From positions 32,001 through 96,000 of the forward strand of contig CAVSGP010000014.1 of assembly GCA_963727505.1 (NCBI GenBank): a DNA stretch of 64,000 nucleotides. The letters run 5' to 3'. The position numbers were made by a program, and so were the translations under genes. This document shows positions 50,701 to 59,846 of this stretch, piece after piece. The notes under the pieces were generated by a model that saw nothing but the letters and a program-made list of their open reading frames with translations, was not told where the DNA came from and searched no databases. Position 1 is the stretch's first letter. Every line of letters starts with the position of its first letter. The DNA is from an uncultured Trueperaceae bacterium. Its GTDB lineage: Bacteria; Deinococcota; Deinococci; Deinococcales; Trueperaceae.

Positions 50701-52535
50701 TCAACCACCTGCACATCTTCCTCGACCCGAACCCCGACCCGAAGGCGAGCTTCGCGGAGCGCAAGCGGCTGTTCGAGCTGGCGCGCTCCTCGTGGAACGA
50801 CTACGACGGGAAGCTCATCAGCGCCGGCGGAGGCGTTTTCGAACGCGGCGCCAAGAGCATCCCACTGAGCGCCGAGGTCCGCAAGATGCTTGGCGTCGAC
50901 GACGAGGCGCTCAGCGGGCAGGACCTGGTGCGCGCCATCCTGGCCATGCCGGCCGACCTGCTGTGGAACGGCGGCATCGGCACCTACGTGCGCGCCAGCA
51001 GCGAGCGCGACGCCGACGTCGGCGACGCCACCAACGATCCGGTGCGTATCACGGCCCCCGAGCTCCGCTGCAAGGTGGTGGGGGAGGGCGGCAACCTCGG
51101 CCTGACCCAGCTCGCGCGCATCGAGTTCGCGCGCGCCGGGGGCCGGATCAACACGGACGCCATCGACAACTCCGCCGGCGTGGACACCTCCGACCACGAG
51201 GTCAACATCAAGATCCTGCTGCAGCCGCTGGTCAGCTCGGGCGAGCTCAACTTCAAGCAGCGCAACCGCCTGCTCAAGGAGATGGAGGACGAGGTGGCGC
51301 GGCTGGTGTTGCGCGACAACGACCAGCAGTCGCTGGCGCTCAGCCTGGCCGAGCGCCGCAGCGTCGAGGACCTCGGGCTGTTCGACTCGCTGCTCGAGGA
51401 GCTGGCCGTGCGCGGGGGGCTCAACGCGCGGGTGGAGTTCCTTCCCACGCGGCGGCAGCTCCAGGAGCGCCAGCGCGCGGGCGAGGGGCTCAGCCGCCCC
51501 GAGCTGGCCGTGACCATGGCCTACGTGAAGATGGGGCTGTACCGGAAACTGCTGGAGACCGGGCTGCCGGACGAGCCCGACTTCGAGCACTACCTGTTCG
51601 AGTACTTCCCGGCCGCGGTCAAGGAACGCTACGTCGAGGTCATCCGGCGGCACACCCTGCGGCGCGAGATCACCGCGACGCAGTTCACCAACATCGTGGT
51701 CGACCTGCTGGGGGCCAGCTTCGTGCACCGCACGGCGCGCGATAGCGGGGCCGCGGACGTCGACGTCGTCAAGGCGGCCCTGATGGCCCTCGAGGTCCTC
51801 GACGCACGCGGCGTGGGGGAGCGGCTGGAGCGGCACCAGCCCCGTCTGCCCGCGGAGGCCCACTACGAGGCCCTGCACCACCTGGTGCACGCCGTGGAAG
51901 GCGTGGTGAGCTGGATGCTGTTCAACGACCTCACCCGCCGCAACGTGGGCGACTTCGTCGATACCTACCGGGAGCCGCTGCTGACGCTCCGCAACGGCAT
52001 CGAGGGGATGTTGCCGGTTGCAGAGCGCCGGCGCTTCAAGCGCCGCACCAAGCAGCTCGGCAAGCTCGGCTTCGGCGCCGAGCTGGCGGCCGAGATCGCC
52101 AGCCTGGACTACCTGCCGAGCAGCGTCGGCGTGATCGAGGTCAGCCGCCGGACCGAGGTGGGGTTGGAGGAGGCCGCCACGCGCTTCTACGCCCTGGGCG
52201 AGCGTCTGGCGCTGGGGTGGCTGCGCGACGGTCTGTCGCAGCTCCCCACGCAGGGGAGCTGGGAGAAGATCGCGGCCGTCGGACTGGTGATGGACCTGCG
52301 CGAAGCGCAGCGGAAGCTCGCCACCACCTTCATCGAGGCCCGCAAGCAGGAGGACGGGCTGTCGGCCGAGGGGTTCCTGGAGCGCCACCCGCACCTGCTG
52401 GAGCGCTTCGACGAGGCGCTCGAGGAACTCAAGCTGCCCGGAGCGTTGACGCTGGCGGGCGGCGCGGTGCTGGTGAGGCTGCTGGCACAGGCGCAACGCA
52501 CCGGCGTCAACGGCGCGGTGGCGCGCGCCGGTTGA
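47712..52535 (+). CDS. Large (about 1600 aa) NAD-specific glutamate dehydrogenase
   Basis: RGGKVARGGIRWSDR, KNAVIVPVGSKGGF, AADKGTA, GDMSGDVFGNG and NTDAIDNSAGV motifs. Confidence 0.95.
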   Translation: MPATLEQVRKRIQRSASQEGPLLTRFAEILFDKADDAFLEEFDSDSLFAMTVDGLHFLGGGLEDGPRVQVFNPRFETDGWDAPYTVIRLLLDDRPFIVDSVRAELSRHGVELFHLLHPIVVPVRDASGAVVGLDVKGEREQREAVEMYFVERLEDEEQRADLAAAVTQVLQDVLLATGDYQAMRERALAMREHVAGLRKKSAQGYHRDRGEELEEYGAFMEWLDDENFVFLGYREYDIKVVGGVRSLQVTPGSGLGILRNTETSAYDEAVPIADLPEGLRERVTGGRVFVVTKTNAEATVHRPARMDYIGIKKLSDSWQVMGEHRFLGLFTSKAHSTPVEDIPILRRKLRQVLELDDALPGSHDYKGIVAVFNSMPREELFWSDAEQLHRDIRTILGLEQERGVRVTLRPDPLGRGIGVMVIMPRESFNAEVRRTVQRFLARKLAADHVDYNLAMGEDQAQVRFHFFFTTGLRPDDIDLKGLEREVAELARSWRDELRERLLAAHGAREGRKLAERYAGAFDPRYTADTGAALAVRDIANLERLGEDTMLADVLNPPEERGEDAASLVRIYHHGHGMALSDVLPVLENVGFRVIEQVPYMLTPEGGKRGIEVFRVHDAERRALDVRRHRERLVDALEGLLLGRAENDRLNRLVLQAGLTVRQVALLRAYQMDFSQLNAVTSRRFINDTLLAHPSVAADLVAYFEARFDPAREEGRHERMEAARQAVLSGLAKVRSLTEDRTLRGLLDLMEATVRTNYFLDKDYIAFKLASGQVASMPDPRPLYEIAVAGLGVEGVHLRGGKVARGGIRWSDRPDDFRTEVLGLMKTQMTKNAVIVPVGSKGGFVLKRAPAGRDALRAYVREQYQVFIRGLLDLTDNRVDDRVVHPEGLVIYDEDDPYLVVAADKGTATFSDLANETAAEYDYWLGDAFASGGSHGYDHKVMGITARGAWECVARHFDELGVDVFEDTFSVVGIGDMSGDVFGNGMLYTDRIQLKAAFNHLHIFLDPNPDPKASFAERKRLFELARSSWNDYDGKLISAGGGVFERGAKSIPLSAEVRKMLGVDDEALSGQDLVRAILAMPADLLWNGGIGTYVRASSERDADVGDATNDPVRITAPELRCKVVGEGGNLGLTQLARIEFARAGGRINTDAIDNSAGVDTSDHEVNIKILLQPLVSSGELNFKQRNRLLKEMEDEVARLVLRDNDQQSLALSLAERRSVEDLGLFDSLLEELAVRGGLNARVEFLPTRRQLQERQRAGEGLSRPELAVTMAYVKMGLYRKLLETGLPDEPDFEHYLFEYFPAAVKERYVEVIRRHTLRREITATQFTNIVVDLLGASFVHRTARDSGAADVDVVKAALMALEVLDARGVGERLERHQPRLPAEAHYEALHHLVHAVEGVVSWMLFNDLTRRNVGDFVDTYREPLLTLRNGIEGMLPVAERRRFKRRTKQLGKLGFGAELAAEIASLDYLPSSVGVIEVSRRTEVGLEEAATRFYALGERLALGWLRDGLSQLPTQGSWEKIAAVGLVMDLREAQRKLATTFIEARKQEDGLSAEGFLERHPHLLERFDEALEELKLPGALTLAGGAVLVRLLAQAQRTGVNGAVARAG

Positions 52536-52574
52536 ACGACGGCGCGGCTCACGGCGCTCCTCACGGCCCGGACG

Positions 52575-53678
52575 TCAGGCCGCCCTCACGAACGCCCGTA
52601 GCAGGGCGTCGAGCCGGGCGATGCCGTCATCGGTGGCGCGCAGACGGGTGCCGTCGCGGGCGAGCAGGCGGTGACGGAGCACGTCGTCCAGCCAGCGGGG
52701 CGCCACGTCCTCCGGCCCAAGCCCGGTGAGGGCTCGCAGCCCGGCGAGGTCGACCCCCTCGCGCGTGCGCAAGCCGGTCAGTAGCCGATCGAGCACCACG
52801 CCCTTGGCGTCGAGCACGTCGCGCTCGGGCGGCGCTCCTTCGAGCCAGCCGCGGATCGGCGGGTTGCGCAGGCGGGTACCGTAGAGCCCGCCCTCGGGCA
52901 GGTAGGAGGAGGCCGAGGGGCCGAGTCCGAGGTAGAACGCGCCGCGCCACGCGCCCAGGTTGTGGCGCGCCTCCTCGCCCGGGCGCGCGTAGTTCGACAC
53001 CTCGTAGCGTCGTAGTCCGTAGGCCGCCAGCAGCGGGGCGGTGGCCTCGAAGTCGTCGGCCTCGCGTTCCGGGTCGACCCGTACGCCGCGAAGCGCGAAG
53101 GGCGTGTTCGGCTCGATGGTGAGCGAGTAGACGCTCATGTGGCCCACCCCCGTCTCCGCGACGCGCCGCAGGTCGAGCGCGGCGTCCTGGCCCGGCACGG
53201 CGGTGATCACGTCGGCGTTGACGCGCAGGCCCGACGCCTGCGCCCACTCCACTGCCTGCATCCCCTGCGCACTGTCGTGGACGCGGCCGAGGAAGCGCAG
53301 AACGGAGTCCTGCGTCGACTGCAGGCCGATCGACAGCCGGTCGAAGCCGAGGTCCCGGAAACGCCCCAGGCGCTCGGGCGTGAACGTGAGCGGGTCGGCC
53401 TCGAGGGTCGTCTCGAGGCGGGCCGGGAAGCCGAAGGTGCCTTGCAGGAGGCTCGTGACGCGGGCCATCTCGTCGTCGGTGAGGTGCGAGGGCGTGCCGC
53501 CGCCGAAGTAGACGGTGTCGAGCGGTCCGGGGTAGCGCTCGGCCAGCGCGCGGGCCTCGCGTTCGAGCCGCTCGAGGTAGCGCGCCACCAGCCCTTCGTT
53601 GCGCAGCATCTTGTGGAAGTCGCAGTACGGGCAGACGCTGGGGCAGAAGGGGACGTGCAGGTAGAGGGAGCGCACCAC
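52575..53678 (-). CDS. hemW: Radical SAM heme chaperone HemW
   Basis: LYLHVPFCPSVCPYCDF, YFGGGTPS, YEVSNY and HN..W motifs. GTG 53678 lies 6 nt after TACGCT. Confidence 0.9.
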   Translation of the reverse strand: MVRSLYLHVPFCPSVCPYCDFHKMLRNEGLVARYLERLEREARALAERYPGPLDTVYFGGGTPSHLTDDEMARVTSLLQGTFGFPARLETTLEADPLTFTPERLGRFRDLGFDRLSIGLQSTQDSVLRFLGRVHDSAQGMQAVEWAQASGLRVNADVITAVPGQDAALDLRRVAETGVGHMSVYSLTIEPNTPFALRGVRVDPEREADDFEATAPLLAAYGLRRYEVSNYARPGEEARHNLGAWRGAFYLGLGPSASSYLPEGGLYGTRLRNPPIRGWLEGAPPERDVLDAKGVVLDRLLTGLRTREGVDLAGLRALTGLGPEDVAPRWLDDVLRHRLLARDGTRLRATDDGIARLDALLRAFVRAA

Positions 53679-53852
53679 GATGCAAGCGTAGTCCCTCACG
53701 AGGCCGGTGGAGGTCGGGTCGGTCGTTCGCGTGCCCCGCCGCTCGATGAGCATCGGATGTCAACAATGTGAGAAACCTTGGACAGCCTCGGGACATTTGT
53801 CCTATCGTGGGGCCGAACTGAGGCTTGTCTAGATTCATGGAGGAGGCCAGAC

Positions 53853-55421
53853 ATGAAACGAATGTTCCTTGCCGTCGCTGCCCTCGTTCTTACGGTGCTA
53901 TTGGCATCGTGTGGGCAGCAGGCCAGTCTGTCGGTCCAGCTCGGTAGCAGCAGCGGTTCGGTATTGCGCGGCGACCAGGTCAGCGTCCCGGTCACCGTGA
54001 GCAACGCTTCCGGGACCGTGAACCTCTCGGTCAGCGGTGCCCCTGCGGGTGTGACGGCGACGTTGGCCTCGTCGACCCTGAGTGGTGGAGCGACCTCGAC
54101 GACGCTCGATGTGCAGGTGTCGGCGGCCGCCACGGACGGCTCTGCGACCTTGACAGTGAGTGCGGCGGAAGGGAGCAACGCGAGCTCGGCGACGTTCGAT
54201 CTGACGGTCTCCAGTCTGTCCGTGACCGGGACCGTGGTGGACCTGGTCGGCAAGGGCATGTCGGGCGCCACCGTGGCGATCCAGGGCACCACCGCCACAA
54301 CCGACGCGAACGGGGAGTTCACGATCGGCGGGGTCGCCGTTCCCTACGACCTGATCGTCAAGCAGACGCTCGTCTCGGCGACCATCGCCCAGGTGTTCGA
54401 GGGCTTGACCAGCGCGACGCCCGTGGTGAACCCCTACGCCTCGGTCATCGGGTTGACCTCGCTGCCGATGTCCGCCACCATCTCCGGGAACCTCTCGTCG
54501 GCGGTGTCCGCGGGCTACACCGCGAACGTCTGCGTTCAGAGCACCTCCACGTTCATGAGCGGCTGTGACACCGTGGCCGCAGGCTCGACCGCCTATTCGA
54601 TCAGTGCTGCATGGCTCGCGGGATCGAGCGTCTCGGTGACGCTCCACGCGATCGAAGTCGCGACGGACGCCGACGGCATGGCGACCGGCTACGACCAGTA
54701 CGGTACGGCGTCGGGGACGGTGGCCAACGGTGGGACGCCCACCATCGACGTTGCGTGGGGGAGCACCCCTTCCAGCGGCACGATCGCCGGCCACGTCAAC
54801 GTGCCGGCCGGGTTCCAGCTCGAAAATGTGGAGGGTGCGGCCGAGTTGAGCTCCTCCACGGCGTTGCCGCTGTTCCGCGCCAACAACAGCAGTGGCCTCG
54901 GCACCAGCTTCAACGCCGTCGTGCCGCAGCTCGGGAGCTCGGGCCATACGCTGATGGTTGTGGGGTACCCTTCCGGTACCGGCGCTTCGACAACGATCGC
55001 CTGGCAAGGCGGCCTCAGCGCCGGATCCAGCCCCACCTTCAACCTTCCGACGCCGCCGACGATGACGGCCCCCGTCGATGGGGCAACCGGGGTGGGTGTC
55101 GGATCGACGCTGAGCCTCAGCTCGGCAAACGGCGCCGCGTCGTTCATCATCTCGGGCACGTCGCAGGCGATCATCGTGACGACAACGAACGCGAGCATCA
55201 CCCTCCCCGATCTGAGTTCGGTCGGGATGCCCCTGACTTCGGGCAGCTACTCGTGGCAGGCGATCGTCACTCCCGGCTTGGCGACGCCGGAGGACGCTGC
55301 AGCGCACTGGATCTCCGACTACTACCTCACCTTCACCTCCCTCGAGTCCGGCGGGACCCTGTCGAGCCAGTCCAGCGGCTCCATCATGGGAACGGGTTCG
55401 CGGGGGTTCACCGTCCCCTGA
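53853..55421 (+). CDS. Ser/Thr/Gly-rich surface lipoprotein (Ig-like and carboxypeptidase-regulatory-like domains), paralog 1
   Basis: Lipobox LLASC; VTGTVVD..GATVAIQG..TTDANGEFTI; GGAGG SD. Confidence 0.8.
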   Translation: MKRMFLAVAALVLTVLLASCGQQASLSVQLGSSSGSVLRGDQVSVPVTVSNASGTVNLSVSGAPAGVTATLASSTLSGGATSTTLDVQVSAAATDGSATLTVSAAEGSNASSATFDLTVSSLSVTGTVVDLVGKGMSGATVAIQGTTATTDANGEFTIGGVAVPYDLIVKQTLVSATIAQVFEGLTSATPVVNPYASVIGLTSLPMSATISGNLSSAVSAGYTANVCVQSTSTFMSGCDTVAAGSTAYSISAAWLAGSSVSVTLHAIEVATDADGMATGYDQYGTASGTVANGGTPTIDVAWGSTPSSGTIAGHVNVPAGFQLENVEGAAELSSSTALPLFRANNSSGLGTSFNAVVPQLGSSGHTLMVVGYPSGTGASTTIAWQGGLSAGSSPTFNLPTPPTMTAPVDGATGVGVGSTLSLSSANGAASFIISGTSQAIIVTTTNASITLPDLSSVGMPLTSGSYSWQAIVTPGLATPEDAAAHWISDYYLTFTSLESGGTLSSQSSGSIMGTGSRGFTVP

Positions 55422-55454
55422 GGACGAGGCACGCTCCTGTGCTACATCGATTGT

Positions 55455-55487
55455 GCTGGGGGCGGCCTTCGGGCCGCCCCCAGCTTT
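55455..55487 (+). terminator. Intrinsic terminator
   Basis: GCTGGGGGCGGCC-TTCG-GGCCGCCCCCAGC followed by TTT. Confidence 0.8.
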
Positions 55488-55591
55488 CGTTCCCTCGACC
55501 AGACCCGTTGCGTTGCGATCGCGGCCGTGCTCGACGGCTCGAGCAAGAGGGGCTTCGGGCGGCTTCGCCCCCGGGCGCCTGGCGAAGCGGA

Positions 55592-55681
55592 CTAGACCCT
55601 ACGCCGGAGCATCTTGCGGAAGTCGCGGCGGGGATGGACGGTGGGGCAGAAGCGCACGTGCAGGTAGAGGGAGTGGACCAC
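55592..55681 (-). pseudogene. Decayed duplicate of the hemW 5' end
   Basis: Reads VVHSLYLHVRFCPTVHPRRDFRKMLRRRV-stop versus hemW VVRSLYLHVPFCPSVCPYCDFHKMLR. Confidence 0.9.
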
Positions 55682-55860
55682 GAGGCACGGGTCATCCACC
55701 AAACCCTACGTGTGCCGGGTAGGCCCGTGGCCGGGGCGTTCGAGCGGTCATGAGAGGTGCGTGGCCTGGGAGTGAGAAACCTGTGGCCTGCGCCGGGACG
55801 TTTGTCCTATCTTTGAGCTGTCCGCTCACGCATCGTCGTTCAAGAAGGAGACGAAATTCT

Positions 55861-57426
55861 ATGAAGCGATTGTTCCTCATTGTGGCTGCGTTGGTGCTCA
55901 CCGGGCTCCTGGCTTCGTGCGGCCAACAGGCCAGCCTCTCGGTCTCGCTCGGAAGCGCCAGCGGTTCTGTGGTGCGTGGTGACCACGTAAGCGTGCCTGT
56001 CACGGTGAGCAACGCCTCTGGCACCGTGACCCTGTCGGTCAGTGGTGTGCCTTCCGGGGTGACGGCGAGCCTCGCGAGCTCTACGCTGAGTGGCGGGTCC
56101 ACCTCGACCGCCCTGGACGTGCAGGTCTCGGCGGCGGCCGCCGAGGGCGCCACCACGTTGACGATCAACGCCGTGGACGGGAGCAACGCCGCGGCCGCGA
56201 CGTACGACGTGACGATCACCAGCCTGTCCGTTCACGGGAAGGTGGTGGGGCTGCTCGACGTCCCCGTGTCGGGAGCGGTCGTCTCGATCCAGGGCACCAA
56301 CGCCACCACGGCCTCGGACGGTAGCTTCACCATCGGCGGTGTCGCCGTCCCCTACGACCTGGACGTCGTGCAGACCGTCACGACCCCTTCGACCACCACC
56401 TACGCGCACGTCTTCGAAGGACTCACGGACCCCAGTCCGACGGTGATGCCCGTGAGCGCGCTCGGCGGCGCGTCGACGTTCCAGACCGGCACGATCAACG
56501 GCACCCTCGGGTCGGCCGTGGCGACCGGTTCCACGGCGAGGGTGTGCGCGGCCGGCGTCTCGATGGTCGTGTTCGGCTGCACGACCGTGTCTGCCGGAGG
56601 CAGCACCTTCACGCTGAATGCGGACTGGGCGACGGGATCGACCGCGAACGTGACGGTCCGCGTGCTCGAGGTGCAGACCGATGCCAACGGGGTGGCGACG
56701 GGCTACGGCAGGTACGGCACGGCCAACGCCACGTTGACCGCCAGCGGCAGCACGCCGGTCACCGTGAACTTCGGGGCGGGGCCCTCCACGGCGACGGAGT
56801 CGGCGAGCGTCACCGTTCCGTCCGGCTTCGCGCTCAGCGGCATCGAGGTGAGTGCCTCGCTCGACGCCTTGAGCGGCCTGGCGCTGTTCGGCGCGAACGC
56901 GGTGTCCAGCTTCACTGCGGTGGTGCCGCAGTTCGCAGGGGCCAGCTACAACGTGTTGGCGAGCGCCTACCCCTCCGGTGCCGGGAGTTCGGCAACGATC
57001 GCTTGGAAGGTGGGTCTTGCGGGCGGCGGCGCCGCGACGTTCGACCTCTCCACGCCCCCGGCCCAGATCGCGCCGGCCGACGGCGCCACCGGCGTCGGGG
57101 TCGGTTCGACGCTGAGCGTGGCGTCGGCGGGGGGCGCGGCGGTCACCTTCGTCGTTCAGCACTCGGGCCAGCAGCTCGGGATCACGTCCATGAACGCGAG
57201 CGCGACCATCCCCGACCTCAGCGCGCTGGGATTCACGCTCGCCTCCGCTAGCAGCTACATGTGGTCGGCGATCGTCTCGCCGACGGTAACGACGGCCGAC
57301 GGCGCCCCCGACGGCTGGATCGGCGACTACTACGATGCGATCCTTTCGGCCACCGGTGGTGGGCCGGCACCGGCCGCCGACGGTGCGATCATGGGAACGG
57401 ATTCGCGAGGCTTCACGACGCCCTGA
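55861..57426 (+). CDS. Surface lipoprotein, paralog 2
   Basis: Lipobox LLASC; colinear with 53853-55421 from MKR to GFTxP; AAGGAG SD. Confidence 0.8.
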   Translation: MKRLFLIVAALVLTGLLASCGQQASLSVSLGSASGSVVRGDHVSVPVTVSNASGTVTLSVSGVPSGVTASLASSTLSGGSTSTALDVQVSAAAAEGATTLTINAVDGSNAAAATYDVTITSLSVHGKVVGLLDVPVSGAVVSIQGTNATTASDGSFTIGGVAVPYDLDVVQTVTTPSTTTYAHVFEGLTDPSPTVMPVSALGGASTFQTGTINGTLGSAVATGSTARVCAAGVSMVVFGCTTVSAGGSTFTLNADWATGSTANVTVRVLEVQTDANGVATGYGRYGTANATLTASGSTPVTVNFGAGPSTATESASVTVPSGFALSGIEVSASLDALSGLALFGANAVSSFTAVVPQFAGASYNVLASAYPSGAGSSATIAWKVGLAGGGAATFDLSTPPAQIAPADGATGVGVGSTLSVASAGGAAVTFVVQHSGQQLGITSMNASATIPDLSALGFTLASASSYMWSAIVSPTVTTADGAPDGWIGDYYDAILSATGGGPAPAADGAIMGTDSRGFTTP

Positions 57427-57449
57427 TCGAGGGTGGCGCTAGAAGCGAT

Positions 57450-57503
57450 CAAGAGACGCGCGGCGGGGGCGGCCTTCGGGCCGCCCCCGCCGCGCGTCTC
57501 TTG
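57450..57503. terminator. 25-bp perfect hairpin with cUUCGg loop between convergent genes
   Basis: CAAGAGACGCGCGGCGGGGGCGGCC-TTCG-GGCCGCCCCCGCCGCGCGTCTCTTG. Confidence 0.8.
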
Positions 57504-57532
57504 CCGCGCACGATGCGTCGGGCCCGCGTCCG

Positions 57533-58885
57533 TCAGTTCTTCGGCAGGCCCTTGAGCTGGTCGGCCAGGATCTCGTTGGCCGTGGCGTTGGCGGTCTTCA
57601 GGGTGTCGGCGACCGGCGCGCCGTCCATGATGGCGGCCATGTCGCTGGCGATCTCGTCGCGCACGAAGTCGTAGCCGGGCACGGGGGGCTCGGCGATGCC
57701 GTAGGGAAGCAGGTCGAAGGCCGTCTTGTAGGCCGGGTGCGTGTCGAAGTAGTCGGTGAGCTGGTTCGCCACGCTCTTGCGTACCGGGAAGTACTCGCTG
57801 GCCTTGGCCCACTGGGCCTGCACCGTGGGGCTGGTGTAGTACTCGATGAAGATCCAGGACGCCAGGTTGGCCTCCTTGGAGTGGCCGGTGGGGATGCTGA
57901 CGCTGGCCCCGTAGATGTTCATGACCGGGTCGGGCGTGGTGTGGGGGATGGCGGCCACGCTCCAGGAGAACTTGGCGCCCTCGTCGACGGCGCTCTTGTA
58001 GAAAGGCAGCCCCGAGGAGGAGCCGACGGTGAAGAGCGTGCGGCTGGCGCCGAAGTCGGTCTGGTCGCCGTAGTTCTCGGTGACGATGCTGGCGCACCCC
58101 TGGTCGAACAGTCCCTGCAGGAACGTCATCGCCTGGTTCGCGGCCTCGGAGTCGTAGGTGAAGCGGTTGGCGTTGTCATCGAAGATGTTGCCGCCGAATG
58201 CGAAGGTCCAGCTCGCGAAGCGGCTGGCGTCGATGGACAGCTCGTAGCCGATGGAGCCGCGGGTGGTGGCCTTGCTGTAGGGGCTCTTGGTGGCGGCGCA
58301 GGCGGCCTGTTGGAACTGCGCCGGGGTGGTGGGGGGGCCGTCGAAGTCGACCTTGCCGGCCGCGCGCAGCTCCTTCAGCCAGTCGATGTTGTAGTACAGG
58401 ACCTCCATCGAGCGGTTGGGTGGGAAGCCGTAGCGTGCGCCCCCGAAGCTCGGGAACACGTCTGCGCTGAAGAAGCCGGGGAAGAAGTCTGCCTTGTCGG
58501 CGGCGCTGATGCCCCACTTGGGCGAGTCCACCAGGGGTCGCATGTCGGTGACGCCGTTGCCGAGCGCGTACGTGGCCGACTGGTTCTGGTAGGCGACGAC
58601 GATGTTGGGCGCGTCGCTGGTGCCGAGCACGGGCAACATCTTGCGGAAGATGTCGTTGTAGCCGCCCTGGTACTCGGCCTTGACGGTGATGTTGTAGGGA
58701 TTCGAGCTGTTGAACGCCGTGACGATCTCCTGCAGCACCGTCTCGCGGTCGAGCGTGTGCTGGTGCCAGAAGGTGATGGTCTGGCCGGTGGGGTCGACGT
58801 TCTCGTAGGTGGCCTGGGCCGATGCCGTGGCCGCGATGGCGAAGAGCCAGACGGCCCCCAATAGGACGAACAGACCTCGCTTCAT
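57533..58885 (-). CDS. CUT1 ABC substrate-binding protein (UgpB-like)
   Basis: Signal peptide; ITFWH, YQGGY and PPNRSMEVLYYN motifs. Confidence 0.85.
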   Translation of the reverse strand: MKRGLFVLLGAVWLFAIAATASAQATYENVDPTGQTITFWHQHTLDRETVLQEIVTAFNSSNPYNITVKAEYQGGYNDIFRKMLPVLGTSDAPNIVVAYQNQSATYALGNGVTDMRPLVDSPKWGISAADKADFFPGFFSADVFPSFGGARYGFPPNRSMEVLYYNIDWLKELRAAGKVDFDGPPTTPAQFQQAACAATKSPYSKATTRGSIGYELSIDASRFASWTFAFGGNIFDDNANRFTYDSEAANQAMTFLQGLFDQGCASIVTENYGDQTDFGASRTLFTVGSSSGLPFYKSAVDEGAKFSWSVAAIPHTTPDPVMNIYGASVSIPTGHSKEANLASWIFIEYYTSPTVQAQWAKASEYFPVRKSVANQLTDYFDTHPAYKTAFDLLPYGIAEPPVPGYDFVRDEIASDMAAIMDGAPVADTLKTANATANEILADQLKGLPKN

Positions 58886-58916
58886 GCTGTCTCCCTTCCC
58901 TCCTGAGGTATGGCGA

Positions 58917-59846
58917 TCATCCTTTCAGCCCCGAGGTGGCGATCCCCTCGGTGAACTGACGCTGGGTGAAGAAGTAGACCACCATGACGGGCAGGATGGT
59001 GATGACCGCTCCCGCCATGAGGTAGTGCGTCTGGGGGCCCGCTTCCGTGATGAAGGTGTAGAGGCCCACGCCGAGCGGGCGCCAGGTGGGCGTCGTCGTG
59101 ACCAGGAGCGGCCACAGGAACTCGTTCCAGGTGCGTACGAAGGTCAACAGGGCGGCGGTCATCATGACGGGGCGGCTCATCGGCACCACGATCGCCGTCA
59201 GGAAGCGGAGGTGCCCGGCGCCGTCGATGCGCGCAGCGTCCCACAGCTCGTCGGGGATGCCCTGGAAGAACTGCCGGAACAGGAAGATGATGAACGCCGT
59301 CGACAGGAACGGCACGGTCAGGGCCGGCAGTTTGTTGATCCAGGAGCCCCAGGGGATGATGTCGCCCCGGATGAGCAGGAAGTTGGGGATGAACGTGACG
59401 GTGCTGGGGATCATCAGCGTGGTGAGGAGGACCATGAAGATGATCTCGCGCCCGGGGAACTGGATCTTCGCGAAGGCGTATCCCGCCAGCGTGCAGGTGA
59501 CGAGCACGCCCAGGATGACGATGGCGCTGATGACCACGCTGTTGCGGAAGTAGAGCGCGAAGTCGGCCTCCGTCCAGGCCCGCTGGTAGTTGACCCACTG
59601 CGGGTGGGCGGGCACCAGGCGCCGATTGATGGTCTCGCCGAGTGTCATCAGCGAGGTGGAGGCCATGTAGAAGAACGGCGTGAACGAGACCAGGGCGCCT
59701 ACCAGCAGCAGGAAGTAGACGGGCAACTGGGAGAGCTTGAACTCGAAGGGCTCGCTCCGGGCGCGCGCCTTCCGCCCGGCGCCGGCGCCGGGCGCGACAC
59801 GTGCCCCGCGCACCGAACGGTTCGATTCCGATGGCAGGCTAGCCAC
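58917..59846 (-). CDS. CUT1 ABC permease (UgpE-like)
   Basis: LAGYAFAK, LFRQFF..IPDELWDAARIDGA and WNEFLWPL motifs. Confidence 0.88.
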   Translation of the reverse strand: MASLPSESNRSVRGARVAPGAGAGRKARARSEPFEFKLSQLPVYFLLLVGALVSFTPFFYMASTSLMTLGETINRRLVPAHPQWVNYQRAWTEADFALYFRNSVVISAIVILGVLVTCTLAGYAFAKIQFPGREIIFMVLLTTLMIPSTVTFIPNFLLIRGDIIPWGSWINKLPALTVPFLSTAFIIFLFRQFFQGIPDELWDAARIDGAGHLRFLTAIVVPMSRPVMMTAALLTFVRTWNEFLWPLLVTTTPTWRPLGVGLYTFITEAGPQTHYLMAGAVITILPVMVVYFFTQRQFTEGIATSGLKG

